Part shown: piece by piece, positions 13,838 through 26,883 of the stretch | Position numbering within the stretch: position 1 is the first letter of the stretch | How the letters are laid out: each line of letters begins with the position of its first letter | NCBI RefSeq assembly: GCF_006345805.1 | Contig: NC_042999.1 | Location: 69,998,001-70,062,000, forward strand | Direction of reading: 5' to 3' | Length of the DNA stretch: 64,000 bases | Origin: Octopus sinensis | Taxonomy: Eukaryota | Notes under the pieces: model-generated | The model's input: only the letters and a program-made list of their open reading frames with translations | Databases searched by the model: none | Told to the model about the DNA's origin: nothing | Program-made: the position numbers and the translations under genes

Positions 13838-14320
13838 GATAGATAGATAGATAGATAGATAAAAGAATAAAGACATGAGAGGGGGAGAAAGAAAGATATA
13901 AGCAAAGAGTGGGAAAGAGAAGGGAAATACTCGCATTAAGAATATTGGTAAGAAAGAGAGAGAGGGGCTGATATAAAGAGAGTTAATTATTAAAAGAGAG
14001 AGAGTGATAGAGAGAGAGAGAGAAAGAGACAGAGAGATAGACTGACAGACAGACATATCGACAGACAGAATCACAGGTAGATTGAGAAAGTGTGATACTT
14101 AGAGAGAGAGAGAGAAAGACCGATTGATTGATTGGTTGATTGAGTGATTGATCGATTGATTGATTGATTAATTGATTGATTTGATACGATAAGAGGCAGA
14201 GAGACAGAGAAAGAGAGAGAGACAGAGAAAGAGAGAGAGACAGAGAACCAGAGAAACAGAGAGAGAGAGACAGACAGGCAGACAGAGAGTGTAAGAAAGA
14301 GAGAGAGAGAGAGAAATGTT
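13430..14320 (+). repeat. Long purine-rich low-complexity tract with (AAAG)n, (AGAT)n, (GATT)n and (GA)n
   Basis: Directly visible. Confidence 0.9.
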
Positions 14321-14329
14321 GATATCTAC

Positions 14330-14630
14330 CCGAGCGCGCTGCTCCTAATTCACAATGGTTCTGTAATATCAGTAACAGTAGTAGTAGTAATAGCAATAGT
14401 AACCGGGGTTGCCGTGGTAAGCACGGAAAGTTGGTGTAAAAATCCATGTTTACTTGGAGGCGATACGGGCCTAAGTGAGGCGGATATAAAAAAAAATAAA
14501 TAACACGACGGCAAACCCACAACCGCTCACATCACATAACCAACAGCAATAGCATCAGCATCAGCATCCACATCAGCACTCTTCCACGCTGCACTGCTCC
14601 TACGCAGCCACACTGAACAAACCCAAGTAT
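14330..14630 (+). promoter_or_regulatory. Possible promoter / first-exon region (X-box-like, forkhead and TATA motifs)
   Basis: GTTGCCGTGGTAAG (14408-14421), TGTTTAC (14447-14453) and TATAAA (14485-14490) in CpG-containing unique sequence. Confidence 0.3.
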
Positions 14631-14939
14631 TTAATAATATGCTCTGTATCTAGCCATCCATCCAACCGTCCATCTACCCATCCTCCTCTCTACACATCCA
14701 CCCCAGTATCTTTTAACACAAGCAGCACCTGTTCAGCATCATATTTAAGGAGAAGCGTTTACTCTCTGTGTATACAGTTTAAAAGATTTTTATTTCCCGT
14801 GGTTTGTTTGTTTGTTTGTTAATTGGCGCGGCAGTGGGGGTGGGGGTGGGGTGGAATTTTCGTTTCATTTAATGAAGAAGAAAAAGTTGAAATTTTAAAT
14901 ACATTTTCTTTTCTGTTTTTTTTTTTTTGTTTTTGCTAG

Positions 14940-15975
14940 CTTTTGTCATTGGACTGCTGTCATGCTGGAGCACCGCTTTGTAAGGTTTTTAGTCGAACAA
15001 ATCGGCCTCAATATTTAAAGTTTTTGGGAGTTTCTTTCATTCTTTTTTTTTTTTTTTTTTTTTTTGTAAAGTTTAGTAATTATTCTAACGATCTCTTTTA
15101 CTGAACTGCTAATTTACAAAAACGCAAACAAACCAACACCGGTTGTCAAGCGATAGTGGAAGCATAGACACAAACCTAAAGACACACACACACACTCACA
15201 CACGCACACGCACACGCACACGTATATTCTTTTATTTTTTTACTTGTTTCAGTCATTTGACTGCAGCCATACTGGAGTACCGCCTTGAAGGATTTTAGTT
15301 GAACAAATCGACTCCAGAGTTCATTTTTTTAAGGCTACTGTTTATTCTATCGGTCTCTTTTGCCGAACAGTTAAGTTACGGGGGCGTAAAAACACTAACA
15401 CCGGTTGTCCGCGGGATGGTGGGATAGATACAGGCACAAAGACACACACACATACATACACATACATACACATAAATACATAAAGACAGACAGACAGACA
15501 GACAGACATATACGACAAGCTTCTTTTAGTTTCCGTCTACTAAACCCACAGACAAGGCTTTGGTTGGCCTGGGTTTATAGTAGAAGACACTTGCTCAAGG
15601 TACCACGCAGTGGGACTGAACCCAGAACCATGTGGCTGGGAAGCAAACTTCTTACCACACAGCTACGCCTATGACGGGCTTCCACTCAGTTTCCGCCTAC
15701 CAAATCCACTCGCAAGACATTGGTCTGCCCGGGTCTGTAGTAGAAGACACTTGCCCAAAGTGCAGCGCAGTGGGCTTGAACTCGGAACCACGGTCTTCTT
15801 AACCACACAGCTAAAACTGTGTCCATAAATCTTTTACTTTTTACTTGTTACAATCATTGGGCAGCGGACATACTGGGGCATCGCCCCTGAAGGGTTTTAG
15901 CCGAACAAATCGGCCCCAGTATTCTACTCTTTTTTAATTATTATTCTATCGGAGTCTATTGTCGCACCGCTATGT
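14940..15975 (-). mobile_element. Cluster of SINE family B copies and fragments
   Basis: Repeated tail CAGTCATTTGACTGCAGCCATACTGGAG and head AGAAGACACTTGCCCAA...GGGACTGAACCC. Confidence 0.85.
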
Positions 15976-16639
15976 GTTAAATTAATTTCAAAAAATATAT
16001 ATTTATTCCGAAAATAATTCCCCCGCAATAATAATTGCTTTTATTGCTGTAACTGAAAATTTATTCTCTATAATGGCAAAAGTGAAAAGCGTCGAGTTGG
16101 CAGAATCGTTAGCGAGGGAGGGGATAAGTCGATTACCTCGACTCCTGTCCTCAACTGATACTTATTTTATCGACCGCAAATGGATGAAAGGCAAAGTCGA
16201 CCTCGGCGGCATTTGAACTCAAAGTGTAAAGACGAACGAAAGCATTTTGTTCCGCGATCTAACGATTCTGCCAGCTCAAAAACCAGGTAGCCACTCCTAC
16301 GCCTATAGAATTATTATTTCATATAATACTAAGTATGTTGCATGTTTCCATACTAGTTTTTCACGTTTTTTTATGGTTAGATTATAAAAGTAATGTCCCG
16401 AAATCCTTTTCATGTCTCCAGTCATATCATTCAGTCACAACATCTAAATTCAGTTACAATAGTATTTGCGTGTTGTTCGCGTACTTTGCACTAAGTCGCA
16501 AATTGCTATGGGAAAACAGTTATAACTGATGAAATCAACACCGAATTTAAATTATTCAATAATTAACATTGTATATTCCGCTATATATTTTTAACACTAA
16601 CGTAAAAGCGGTTTTTTTGTATGGGGCTGAGTCAAATAA

Positions 16640-17007
16640 GCAAATACAATCATTCATCAACAGATGCTTGCGTAGGATAATTAAAATTAGATGGCCCGAA
16701 AATAAGCAATATGGAGCTATGGCAAAGAACAAATCAAGTTTCGATTAAGGAGCAAATATTTAAGAAAAAGTGGAAGTGGATTGGTAGCACAATTAGAAAA
16801 AAAACACCAAATGTAGCGAAAAGTGCTTTACAGTGGAAACCGGATGGATATAGAAGAAGAGGTAGGCCTAAGAACTTGTGGCGGAGATCAACACAAAAGG
16901 AACTAGAGAAAGGGAGACATTCATGGCAGAGTATAAGTACAGAAGCCAAAAATTATGCGACATGGAATTCAACTATAAGTGGCCCATACTCCATGTTGGA
17001 GGGTTAA
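16640..17007 (+). mobile_element. RTE-clade LINE, 3' end of ORF
   Basis: FINRCLRRIIKIRWPE..ELWQRTNQ..KKWKWIG..ALQWKPDGYRRRGRPKNLWRR. Confidence 0.85.
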
Positions 17008-18283
17008 AGGTATAAAGAAAGAACTCTGTATATTTCATGATTTATTTTACGTATACTTTATCGAGCATAATCCATGGTAAATCTTTTCGATCTATGGATT
17101 TACAACGAGGAACAATATAGAGCACCAGATAAAACTGAATAGAAAAACATTTGTTGACAACACGACAATAGTTTTCTCCCTTTATTTATTGTTATTTTAT
17201 ATATTTATTCATATTTTATGTAATTTTGTGTATCAGATATTACATTCCCAAATGTATTATTCCTTCCTTTAGGTGGTAAGCTGTGTCGTGAAAGAGTTTT
17301 GACTGTTATTCCTAACAGGATGAACGACCACCGAAAGGCTCTTTTAGTTGTTGTTAACCCTAAGTTATCAATAATGGAGTAGTGTTATGATCAATGAATT
17401 CTCATTCATAACCAACCTGTCCCTTTCCCGGCATTGTACAGAAAGGTGCATTCAATGAACTGCTCTTTATAAGATGTTTGGGCGCACAAACACACTCCCT
17501 CTGTCTCTCTCTCTCTCTCTCTTACACACATTGCTTCATAGATAGACAGATAGGCAGACAGACAACAAGATATTTATTACTCAATACATACATACATGTA
17601 TGTGTATGAGTGAGAGTTGAATACGAGTGTGTGAGTGTGTGTGTGAGAGACATAGTAGATTCCTGATTAATACACGAATTAAAAAGGAACGTCGTCAGGA
17701 GGGTCGAGTTGCTCGAACAGAATTTAGACATGATTAAAGCCATCACCGAGCAGCTCAAGATGGCGGAGTTTACTCACAGATGTGTGGTACACGAAGGTAT
17801 CATGTACAAGCCTCATGTGCTGAACAGAGAGAGAGAGAGAGTGTGAGAGAGTAATTAATGTCCAACAAGATCAGGGAGAAGCGTGTGACCGCATGATCTC
17901 CAATCTCTCTTGATCTGAAGGGTAAACTAGACGGTGACACCAGAGTGCCAAGGACTCGATGAGAACTGCAGTTGTGGGCGTGGTAGGCGTGGTTCGTTGT
18001 ATCGGTAAGGCCACCTGATTCTTATCAAAGCCGTCAATGGAACTAAATTTGAATGAGTTGAATGGCATGTTACTTTCAATTATCTTGTTAATGTGCAGAC
18101 TGTTTTTCTGCGAATATTATTTCTTTCTCCCGTTTGATGTCTTTGTTTTCTGCGTATTTTGTTTTCATTTCAGTTTTCTGGTCATACGTATACACACACA
18201 GACACACACGTGTGCGCATTTGTATGTATATATATGTGTGTATGTATATATATATATATGTGTGTGTGTATATATATACATAT

Positions 18284-18365
<82 letters not shown>

Positions 18366-18464
18366 TAAACCCATACATATCTTGCATCTATCTTCTTTCC
18401 TCCACCTCACTCTCCATTTTGTATCACATCTAAACTAACTATGACTTAACTATCCTCTATCACC

Positions 18465-18516
18465 GTCTCCGATGAAGGGATATAATTAATAAATATCCTA
18501 GAAACAGCTGTAAGAC
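18465..18516 (+). ncRNA. Minimal type I hammerhead ribozyme in a PLE-like fragment
   Basis: GTCT-CCGATGA-A-GGGATAT..ATATCCT-A-GAAAC-AGCT-GTA-AGAC: stem I GTCT/AGAC, stem II, palindromic stem III, GUA site. Confidence 0.75.
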
Positions 18517-18641
18517 CTTCTATCTATAAATGCTCTAATATCTACACACCCTTGGTTTTTTATCTTATTACGCAAAACATATATATATAGTATGTATGTT
18601 TAATCAAATGAATGATAACTTACGATGGATAATTGTCAGCT

Positions 18642-18722
18642 CATTACAGCTGTTTCTTACTATCATTTCTGATACAAGAATGAGAACATTACTCCATTAC
18701 AAAAACACGTAATCATCAGATG
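18642..18722 (-). ncRNA. Type I hammerhead ribozyme with long stem II loop
   Basis: CAT-CTGATGA-TTAC...GTAA-GAAAC-AGCT-GTA-ATG; canonical core. Confidence 0.75.
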
Positions 18723-19695
18723 TAACGTAATTTTACAAACAGGAGAACATCCCAAGAGTACACCAGGGATGAGGCTGAAGACTATCGAGACAAACTATGA
18801 AATGGGAGAATGACCAACAAAGTTAAGCGTTGAGGTTAAGAATATAGTTCTTGAAAGTGTAGGGGCCGAAACCGAGCGTGGTTCCTCCAGATGATGTCTT
18901 TAGCCACTGGATCGTATAAACGAGCTGTTTAGGTAGCGAACCACGAAACGTGGTTGTAATTTCTCTGAGGTCAGAGACCCGGATGAGATAGAAGTCTGCT
19001 AGACTGGGTCTCAGACAGACTGGAGTGGGATGTAGGTGATATTTTTTATAGTAGGCTTAGAGCAGTGGGAAGAAAGGAGAGGTCTTAATATAAATTAAGG
19101 ATAAAGAAAGAAAGAATAAATAAAGCAAAAGTAAGGGTGAAGAAAAATAAAAGCATACAAGCCAATTAGGCTACTGCTGATTAAACAATCAAAACCAAGA
19201 ACTCTCATCCCTCATATTAAATATTTTTCTTCAGATCTGCTATTACCTCCATACGGAGCCTTCACAAAAGTAAAAGAGAGAGACACAGAGAAAAGGAAAA
19301 TGTCCTATGTATTTGAAAACTATGGAAATATTATTAAAAAACATTCCACTATTTAATTGTTTTTCATGCTTTACTCTAAGTTGAAAAGTTCGCAGACTGA
19401 AACCGGCACTAAAATTATGAGCATAATAAAATCCTTTTAGCATTTTCTACCTTGTCCTATTTTCCTTATATATACATATATATATGTGGGGGGGATTGAA
19501 CCCAGAACCATGTGGTTCGCAAGCAACCTACTTACCACACAGCCACTCCTACGCCTATGGACACAGACACTCCTGCGCCTATGTGTGTGTGTATATAGTT
19601 AATCCAAACAAAAAAGCACAAAAAACACAACAACGCGAGGACGTGGAACAAATATAGTATTATTGGACGCTCAGGAAAGAAAGAAAGAAGGAGGA

Positions 19696-19728
19696 TTTAA
19701 CGTTTCGAGCAGAGCTCTTCGTCGGAAA
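19696..19728 (-). ncRNA. Minimal hammerhead ribozyme in a PLE-like fragment (about 19595-19800)
   Basis: TTT-CCGACGA-A-GAGC-TCT-GCTC-GAAACGTT-AAA. Confidence 0.7.
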
Positions 19729-19843
19729 CATAGGAGAAGGAAAGATCCAGAGAAGGGAAGACAGAGGAAAAAAAATCGCCAACGGTACACACGAGGTCAT
19801 ACATACATATAATACACATATATGCAGTCCATATTTATGCGTG

Positions 19844-19878
<35 letters not shown>

Positions 19879-20424
19879 CTATGTATGTTTGTATTATGTA
19901 TGTATAAATGTATGCACCTATGTATGTATGTATGTATGTATAAACACACATGTGTAATGTATTTTGTCTCGTGAAATAAAAAAAATTAAATATGGGTGTG
20001 AGAGACGCAGAGTGATCGACAGATATACAGAGTGTGCGTGTGTATGGGAATGTGTACGTGTGTTTGGGTGTGTGTATTTGCTGCATGTGTTTGGTATGTA
20101 TGTGTGTGTGTTCGTGCGCACGCGCGTGTGTATATGCAAAACTAAATATGTATACGGAATTATGTCCATATGTTTATAATAAACATATAACCATGCTGTG
20201 GAAGTAAGCGCCGTGATTAATCCGCAACGGTTTCATGCCTTTCTCGAAATTCTTAACACTTCAATATATTATGTATCGACTTCGCCCCTCTCCCAACCAT
20301 TATGTATCTATATTTGTGCTTTCTCACACCCCCTCTACACACTTTTTTTTTTTATAAAACATTGTCATATGTAACTGCTTTTCTCGTCACTGAATTCAAG
20401 AATTATCTTTATTCTCCACCTTGG

Positions 20425-20640
20425 AGGCGGCATGCTGGCTGAAACGTTAGCATGCCGGGCAAAATACCTAGCAATATTCTGTCCGCCCTTACGTTCTGAG
20501 TTCAAATTCCGCCGAAGTCGACTTTGCTTTCATCCTCTCAGAATCGGTAAAGAAAAAATCCAGTCAAGTATTGGGGTCAGTGCAATCGACTTACTCCCTC
20601 CTCGCGAAGTTGCTGGCTTCGTGCCAAAATTTGAAACAAT
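20425..20640 (+). mobile_element. SINE family A
   Basis: Head and core match the other copies. Confidence 0.8.
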
Positions 20641-20664
20641 TATTATTCTCCACCACCTCACGTG

Positions 20665-20820
20665 ATACATCATAGCAAGTTTGGGTAAAGAACGTAACAT
20701 GGATAGGGCTTAATTAATTTGAATCAGCCGAAAGCATTTGATAGGGTCGACCATCAATATTTGGCGGCTGGTTTCGGCTGCGTCTTCAGAGGTTAAGTAT
20801 CTGTAATGTACTGTGACATC
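20665..20820 (+). mobile_element. L1/Tx1-like reverse transcriptase fragment
   Basis: LINLNQPKAFDRVDHQYL resembles the RT motif LDxxKAFDRVxH. Confidence 0.65.
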
Positions 20821-20854
20821 ACTGAAGCAAAATCGAAAAAAAATGTCCCATGAT

Positions 20855-21050
20855 TTTTTTTAAAGGACGATCACATGTGATCCCAAATGGATTATTTACA
20901 ATAATGTGGATCGAAAAAGGCCCTGGGAAAACGAAACGAACCACCTTCAATCACTCCCAAAAACCGGTCAGTACCCGAAGAAAGTGATGCTCTGTACCTG
21001 ACCGGATTGGAAGGACACTGTACATTACGAGCTCCTTCCACAAAAACAGG
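20855..21050 (+). mobile_element. Mariner transposase fragment
   Basis: TITCDPKWIIYNNVDRKRPW...YPKKVMLC..DWKDTVHYELLP. Confidence 0.8.
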
Positions 21051-21312
21051 CACGTGAGCAATTCTAGAGGGCGCCGTTAGTCAATTTCTTCGGTCGACTC
21101 CCACTCTAGTACATATTTTCAACAACCCCAGTGTCATTGAACTCAGTGCGTAAACAGTCAGAAGAAATGCTGCTAAGTATCCTGCCAGTTCGTAGATTAA
21201 GGATGAAAGGCAAAGTCGACCACGGCGGAATTTGAACCCAGAACGAGCGAACAAACGAAATGCTGTTAAGCATTTTGCCCGGCGTGCTAATAATTCTGGC
21301 AGCTCACCGCCT

Positions 21313-21419
<107 letters not shown>

Positions 21420-21436
21420 AACAATAACATCAACAA

Positions 21437-22478
21437 CAACAAGAGCACTCAGAGAGCGCAAATCTCCGCCAAGGCATTACCAACGACCTCTCAACGATTA
21501 GCCGGAGATGATTTTTAAAATGAGAATATCTGAAATAAACTCGACTGCTCTCAACAAACGAAAATACTAAAATTGAATCCGACCGCTCCCAAAAATTAAG
21601 TAAAAAACTGGGAAAATAATCCAGAATCCTTGTCCGGTACCTGATCGATCCCAATGGTAGTCATGGAATGTGAAGGTGGGTGTGCGGGCCGTGTTTGTAA
21701 TGCTGTGTGTATGTTGTCTGCAGTGGGAACAGGGACAGTTATCTCTATGAAGGCCTTTTTTAGTCTATCCACTAATATAGTGTCTTTACGACCATACTGA
21801 AAAATTTATCCGTGCGTGAAAGAAAGCGGGAAGGACATGCATACTGTGCTGTTAACGGAGGTTTAACAACATCGTTGCGCACAAAAACGTGAGTCCAAGA
21901 AGTAAAGCTTTCTTCAAGGCAGAGCTAGAAATGCAATTTTCAAGTAGATAAGAGGTTTTAAATAGGAGTGATATATTCAAAATTGGTAAAACTAAAAATG
22001 GTCGAGGATAAATTAAATTTATTATTGTTACTGAATATGTTAGTGTTATTTAATTTCTCAACGGCTTTGCTACCACTTGTTTATGTAGTTTGATTTCTTT
22101 ATTCATCAGTTTCTACTAAGATAGAGACGCGAGTAAAATTAAGAATAAAGAAACGAAAATAAAACTTTGGAAACAGCAACGGCACCATAACTTACGTGGA
22201 AACCATGAGCGTGCTTTCAAGGGCGAAATCAGAGAAAGACTTGAAAGTGAACGTAAGATCGTAATACATCATATAAAGTAAAGTAAATATAACAAATAAT
22301 CCAGAATCCTTGTCTAGTAACGAACCGATCCCCAAATCTAATCAGTTCGTGCCAGTCACGAGTTTAAACATGCCACAAAGTTTCATTGGAATCCATCCAA
22401 CAGTTCTTAAGATATCTTGTCCACGGACAAACAAACAGACACGGCTGAAAACAATATCTCCGCCTTCGCTAAGGCCGA

Positions 22479-22483
<5 letters not shown>
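21437..22483 (+). mobile_element. Helentron/HINE-like fragments (21437-21655 and 22296-22483)
   Basis: Shared motif AATAATCCAGAATCCTTGTC; second fragment ends in ACAAACAGAC repeats and a terminal stem-loop CTCCGCCTTCGCTAAGGCCGAGG. Confidence 0.5.
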
Positions 22484-22546
<63 letters not shown>

Positions 22547-22547
<1 letters not shown>

Positions 22548-22779
22548 TAGGCATGATAAAAAAATATTCAGACAAATACATAACAAAAACACCAGGACTT
22601 ACAAACACATATAACATACAGAAAATTGCACTACTAGGCACTGCACACATCCTACGCAGAACACCTTCAATACAGTAACTATCACAGCACATACCCAAGG
22701 CACACAGAGCTGCGCTCGGTAGTGAAGTGAAAGCAAGTTATAAAAATAAAACTACTGAATGATGATGATGATGATGATG

Positions 22780-22824
<45 letters not shown>

Positions 22825-23339
22825 CAAACAGTCCAGACATCATATTGAAAGACTTCAGACAAAGAACATGCCTCCTCATTGAGATGACTGTCCCAATCGA
22901 TATAAACGTATCTGTCAAGACCTACCAAAAACTGAGCAAATATAAAGATCTTGAAATAGAAATCAGCAAAATGTGGAACCTGAAGACTAAAACAATACCT
23001 GTTGTCATAGGTGCCCTGGGAATGATAGCGAAAGGGGCTGATTGCTACCTAACTCAGATACCAGGAAACCCCAAAATGGCAGAAATTCAAAAGATAGTGC
23101 TCATGGGAACTGCTCATATCCTACGCAAAATACTCTCTATGTAATCTCAAGATTTAAAACAAACTCTTTTTTTTTAAATTTATTTATTAGACATTCATTA
23201 GTACAACACCAAAAAAAAACCCCAAATATATGGCACACTAGGCATAACAACAACGTGAACTTCCAACCTGTTGTCTCTTGAGGTCTCTGGGTGAGACTTG
23301 GAGCCAACTTGTACAAACATAAAGCAAAAGTCAAACATA

Positions 23340-23345
<6 letters not shown>
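22547..23345 (+). mobile_element. Two 5'-truncated R4/Dong-like REL non-LTR retrotransposons in (TAA)n
   Basis: 22547-22760 LGMIKK..IQKIALLGTAHILRR; 22820-23144 NSPDIILKD..LLIEMTVP..KLSKYKDLEIEISKMW..PVVIGALG..GTAHILRKILSM* (PD-(D/E)xK type). Confidence 0.85.
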
Positions 23346-23372
<27 letters not shown>

Positions 23373-23441
23373 GAAGAAGAAGAAAAAGAAGAAGAAGAAA
23401 AAGAAGAAGAAGAAGAAGAAGAAGAAGAAGAAGAAGAAGAA

Positions 23442-23511
<70 letters not shown>

Positions 23512-23519
23512 AGCAGGTG

Positions 23520-24060
23520 ATTTGGTGGAAAAGGCGGATGTTAATGAACTTTAGCGGTCTTAGTAAGAATATGTGTTAACCGGACTGTTATAAATTGGAT
23601 ATATTAAAGAAAGAAGAGGAAAATAGTTTCAAGGAGATACATCATGTAAGAATAGATGTTATTGGCCCAAGAATCGTTAACTAAGGTAAGGATAAAAGGT
23701 GCCGAAATTGGAAAGTACGAAGAAACAAGTAAAATCATATTTTTCAGTCAAGCCAGAAACGTTCAGTTGATATTCTTGATAGTAGAAGATTCAATACCGG
23801 AGAGGACAAATTCTTGGGGTAGGAAATTTAGGATAAAACTGCGAGGCTCTGTAATAAATCACAGTTGATAAATATGACAGTTACAGTGCAAAATGTTACG
23901 GTCAGATGGATTTCAGGAAAGCGTACATTCGAAAGCAATTGCAAAAGGTGGTCTGAGCTTGTCAATGACCACTGGCTGAAAGAGTTAACAAGTTTTCATG
24001 AAACCACAATGATAGCGCTAGAAGGCGTGTATCGAAGCTCGATAATAAATCAGAGTTGAT
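23520..24060 (-). mobile_element. Heavily decayed LINE RT-like remnant
   Basis: Weak similarity around FILTLVND..NNIYSY to the LFxxxINDL..YADD region. Confidence 0.35.
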
Positions 24061-24126
24061 ATATATGAAAATTGAAGACAATGTGTCTACTACTATTATT
24101 ATCATTATTATTATTATTATTATTAT

Positions 24127-24199
<73 letters not shown>

Positions 24200-24559
24200 C
24201 AATCAATTAACCATTTAACTAATTAATTGTTTGATTAATCGTTCTGTCAATTAATCAATCAGATAGGTTTGTCACGACCTCATCAATGACATATTCTCTC
24301 TATTCCAGATCTGCTTCAGATCAAAACCAATTAAATAATAATAATAAAAGATGTGAAATAGAGCCAGTGCGTGTGTTTGTTATTGGCATAATGACCTTCC
24401 CGAGAAACAATAAACTATGTTTCAATACATAAGTTTACATCAAGAATCTTGTGAACCAAATACAAAACTGAAGTATACTAACATATATACTAGAAACATC
24501 TAAATACACGATGAACAGAAAAACTGTCAAACAAAGAGAAAGGAAACAAAAGACGATAA

Positions 24560-24865
24560 GATTATTTTTTCAAAATTGCTGAAAGACAATAACAAATATA
24601 CATTGTGTGGATTGGTTATAGAAAGTCTCACATTTAGAACAAGAGCTGATTAGATCTCCTAGAAAATGCAATGCGAACATGGTGGACAGAGTTGACATCT
24701 GGACTAGAAAGATTAGCAAATAAACAGATTAGGAGGGGAATCTTTCAAAGGGTCTGTCTCTCTCCTAGCTTGAATCTAATAGTATAGAACCCTTTTTCAG
24801 TTATACTAAACAAAGCTAAGAAAGAATATCCGTTGCGAAAGGATAAAGAAAAAAAATTAATCTTG
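24560..24865 (+). mobile_element. R4/Dong-like RT domain fragment
   Basis: LLENAMRTWWTELT..QIRRGIFQRVCLSP..PFSVILNKAKKEY resembles RRGIFQGDSLSP. Confidence 0.65.
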
Positions 24866-24992
24866 TGGCAGAACACAAAGGGGGCAACATATAATTAACG
24901 AATGGTTCGTCAGCTTACGATGAATACTTCAAATTTTGAATTATTACATTTCTAAATATCTCAGAGAGATATAGGCAGTAGTGGTACGATAC

Positions 24993-25115
24993 AGTAGTTG
25001 TATACTGTCAACTTAATGTGATAGTCCCATGAAGGGAATCACACCTAGGGTTAAATAGCAGTGATGTGATTCCCTTCATGGGACTGTCACATTAAGTTGA
25101 CGGTATATAACTACT
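24993..25115. repeat. Fold-back palindrome, arms about 52 bp
   Basis: AGTAGTTGTATACTGTCAACTTAATGTGATAGTCCCATGAAGGGAATCACA pairs with 25065-25115. Confidence 0.9.
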
Positions 25116-26652
25116 TCAAATTTTGTTATGGTAGAAACATTTGCAATATTCACACTGTTACCTTGCTTCAGACAATTCTCTTTCTTTCACATTCCACGCT
25201 TTCACAACCACATCGACTTGGTTAATACATATACACATAATCATATGTGTGTGTATATATATATATATGTACACAACTCTTAAATTGGTCGTCTTGTACC
25301 GTGAATACAAGCTTAGAGAGGATTCTTTGAATGCTATGATAATTACTTAAATTCTTTCGCACCAACATACTTTTATAGAACATCGTTGGGTTCCCTCTGT
25401 CAAGTTGTCTGATTACATGCTCGTAGATTTATTTACTTATTCATTTGTATATTAATTCATTTTTGCTCCAGTTTTGACTGATGAAACAGTGAACATGATA
25501 TGAGGAAGTATTCTGATACTGTTGCAGCATAGCTTTAAGATAAATATTTTGTAATTACATTCATAATGTGGATTGGCAGAACGTGTAGAGCCCCGTTCAA
25601 AATATTATTGAGTGTTTCTTTTTTCTTTCCAGTTTTTTTTTTCTTTTTTAATAGAGGTGTCATAGACGCAAGGCAAGCACCCTTAACACTTTCCAGAGCC
25701 TCCGACAATGGCAGTCGGAAAGACGGAAGCCTAGAGGCCGAAAATCTAGCCCGAACGCTTACAATAGAAGTGATTCCGCTAACGTTATCCTTAGGCCAGA
25801 TAGTGGCGCTAAACCGGACAACGGAGAGGGTCGTCCTCGCAGCATGATGGGCCCCTAGACAGACCAATGCGCATACATATATCATATTTAGACCCCGTAG
25901 ACCCGTGGGCTCCCCGGGCAGCTGCACACAGTGCCATGTGTTAAGGCAGCACTAGCGAAGATCTAAGTTTATTACTGTAAACAGGAATGTCCTTCCGGTG
26001 CTGGTATTCCACAATTTTCATCTACAAAGTTTAACTGACAGCGCTTTGAACTTGGACATTCAAAGAACTGTCAGAATGCAACTTGGAAAATATTTCCTCG
26101 GGATGCTGTTCTGTGGCATTGGGCCTGAAACTTCGTAGCTATGAAGTAAAATTCTTATTCACGACAACAGTTATGTCTGCATTCATTTTTCTATGTCCTG
26201 ATTCGTTGGTGTCGACATTGCCTTTCATTCTTCTAGGATAAAATACTAGTCATATAGTGTGGTTCCTTTAATTAATCTCGTCCTTTACCAATACTTGTAG
26301 TCTTACATTAAACTTAGAAATTATAACCAATTTATATGAAACTATCATTGGTTGAGTTCCTCAAGCGTAATATATCATGTAAGAGGGATTGTTTATTTAA
26401 CACTATTTTATAAATTAAAAGTAGTGACAATTTTCTTAGCATTTAATTTGATAATTATTTATGATAGCCTGTTAGATGCTTATACTATAAATTTTTTTTG
26501 TTCTTGTATTTTCCTCGGAGTTACGTAAAATTTCTTCTTAAAGAGCTTTGGAAACTTTTGTAGACTTTCTGTTGTTGTTGTTATTATTGTTATTGTTGCT
26601 ATTGCTGTTGTTGCTGCTGTAGACCGTTATGGTTTAGCACCAGGGCTATTTC

Positions 26653-26883
26653 TATTTCTTTACTACCCACAAGGGGCTAAACACAGAGGGGACAAACAAG
26701 GACAGACAAATGGATTAAGTTGATTACATCGACCCCAGTGTGTAACTGGTACTTATTTAATCGACCCCGAAAGGATGAAGGGTAAAGTCGACCTCGGTGG
26801 AATTCGAACTCAGAACGTAACGGCAGACAAAATACGGCTAAGCATTTCGTCCGGCGTGCTAACGATTCTGTCAGCTCGCCGCC
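26653..26883 (-). mobile_element. SINE family A, near full length
   Basis: Matches 3348-3578. Confidence 0.9.

Noticed and set aside
13382-14522. Long ORFs of 150-230 aa on the minus strand
   Set aside because: Pyrimidine-rich low-complexity sequence lacks stops by composition.
25650-25955. Possible exon after a polypyrimidine tract
   Set aside because: No recognisable domain or clear donor; the GC-rich end resembles a hAT-like transposon terminus.
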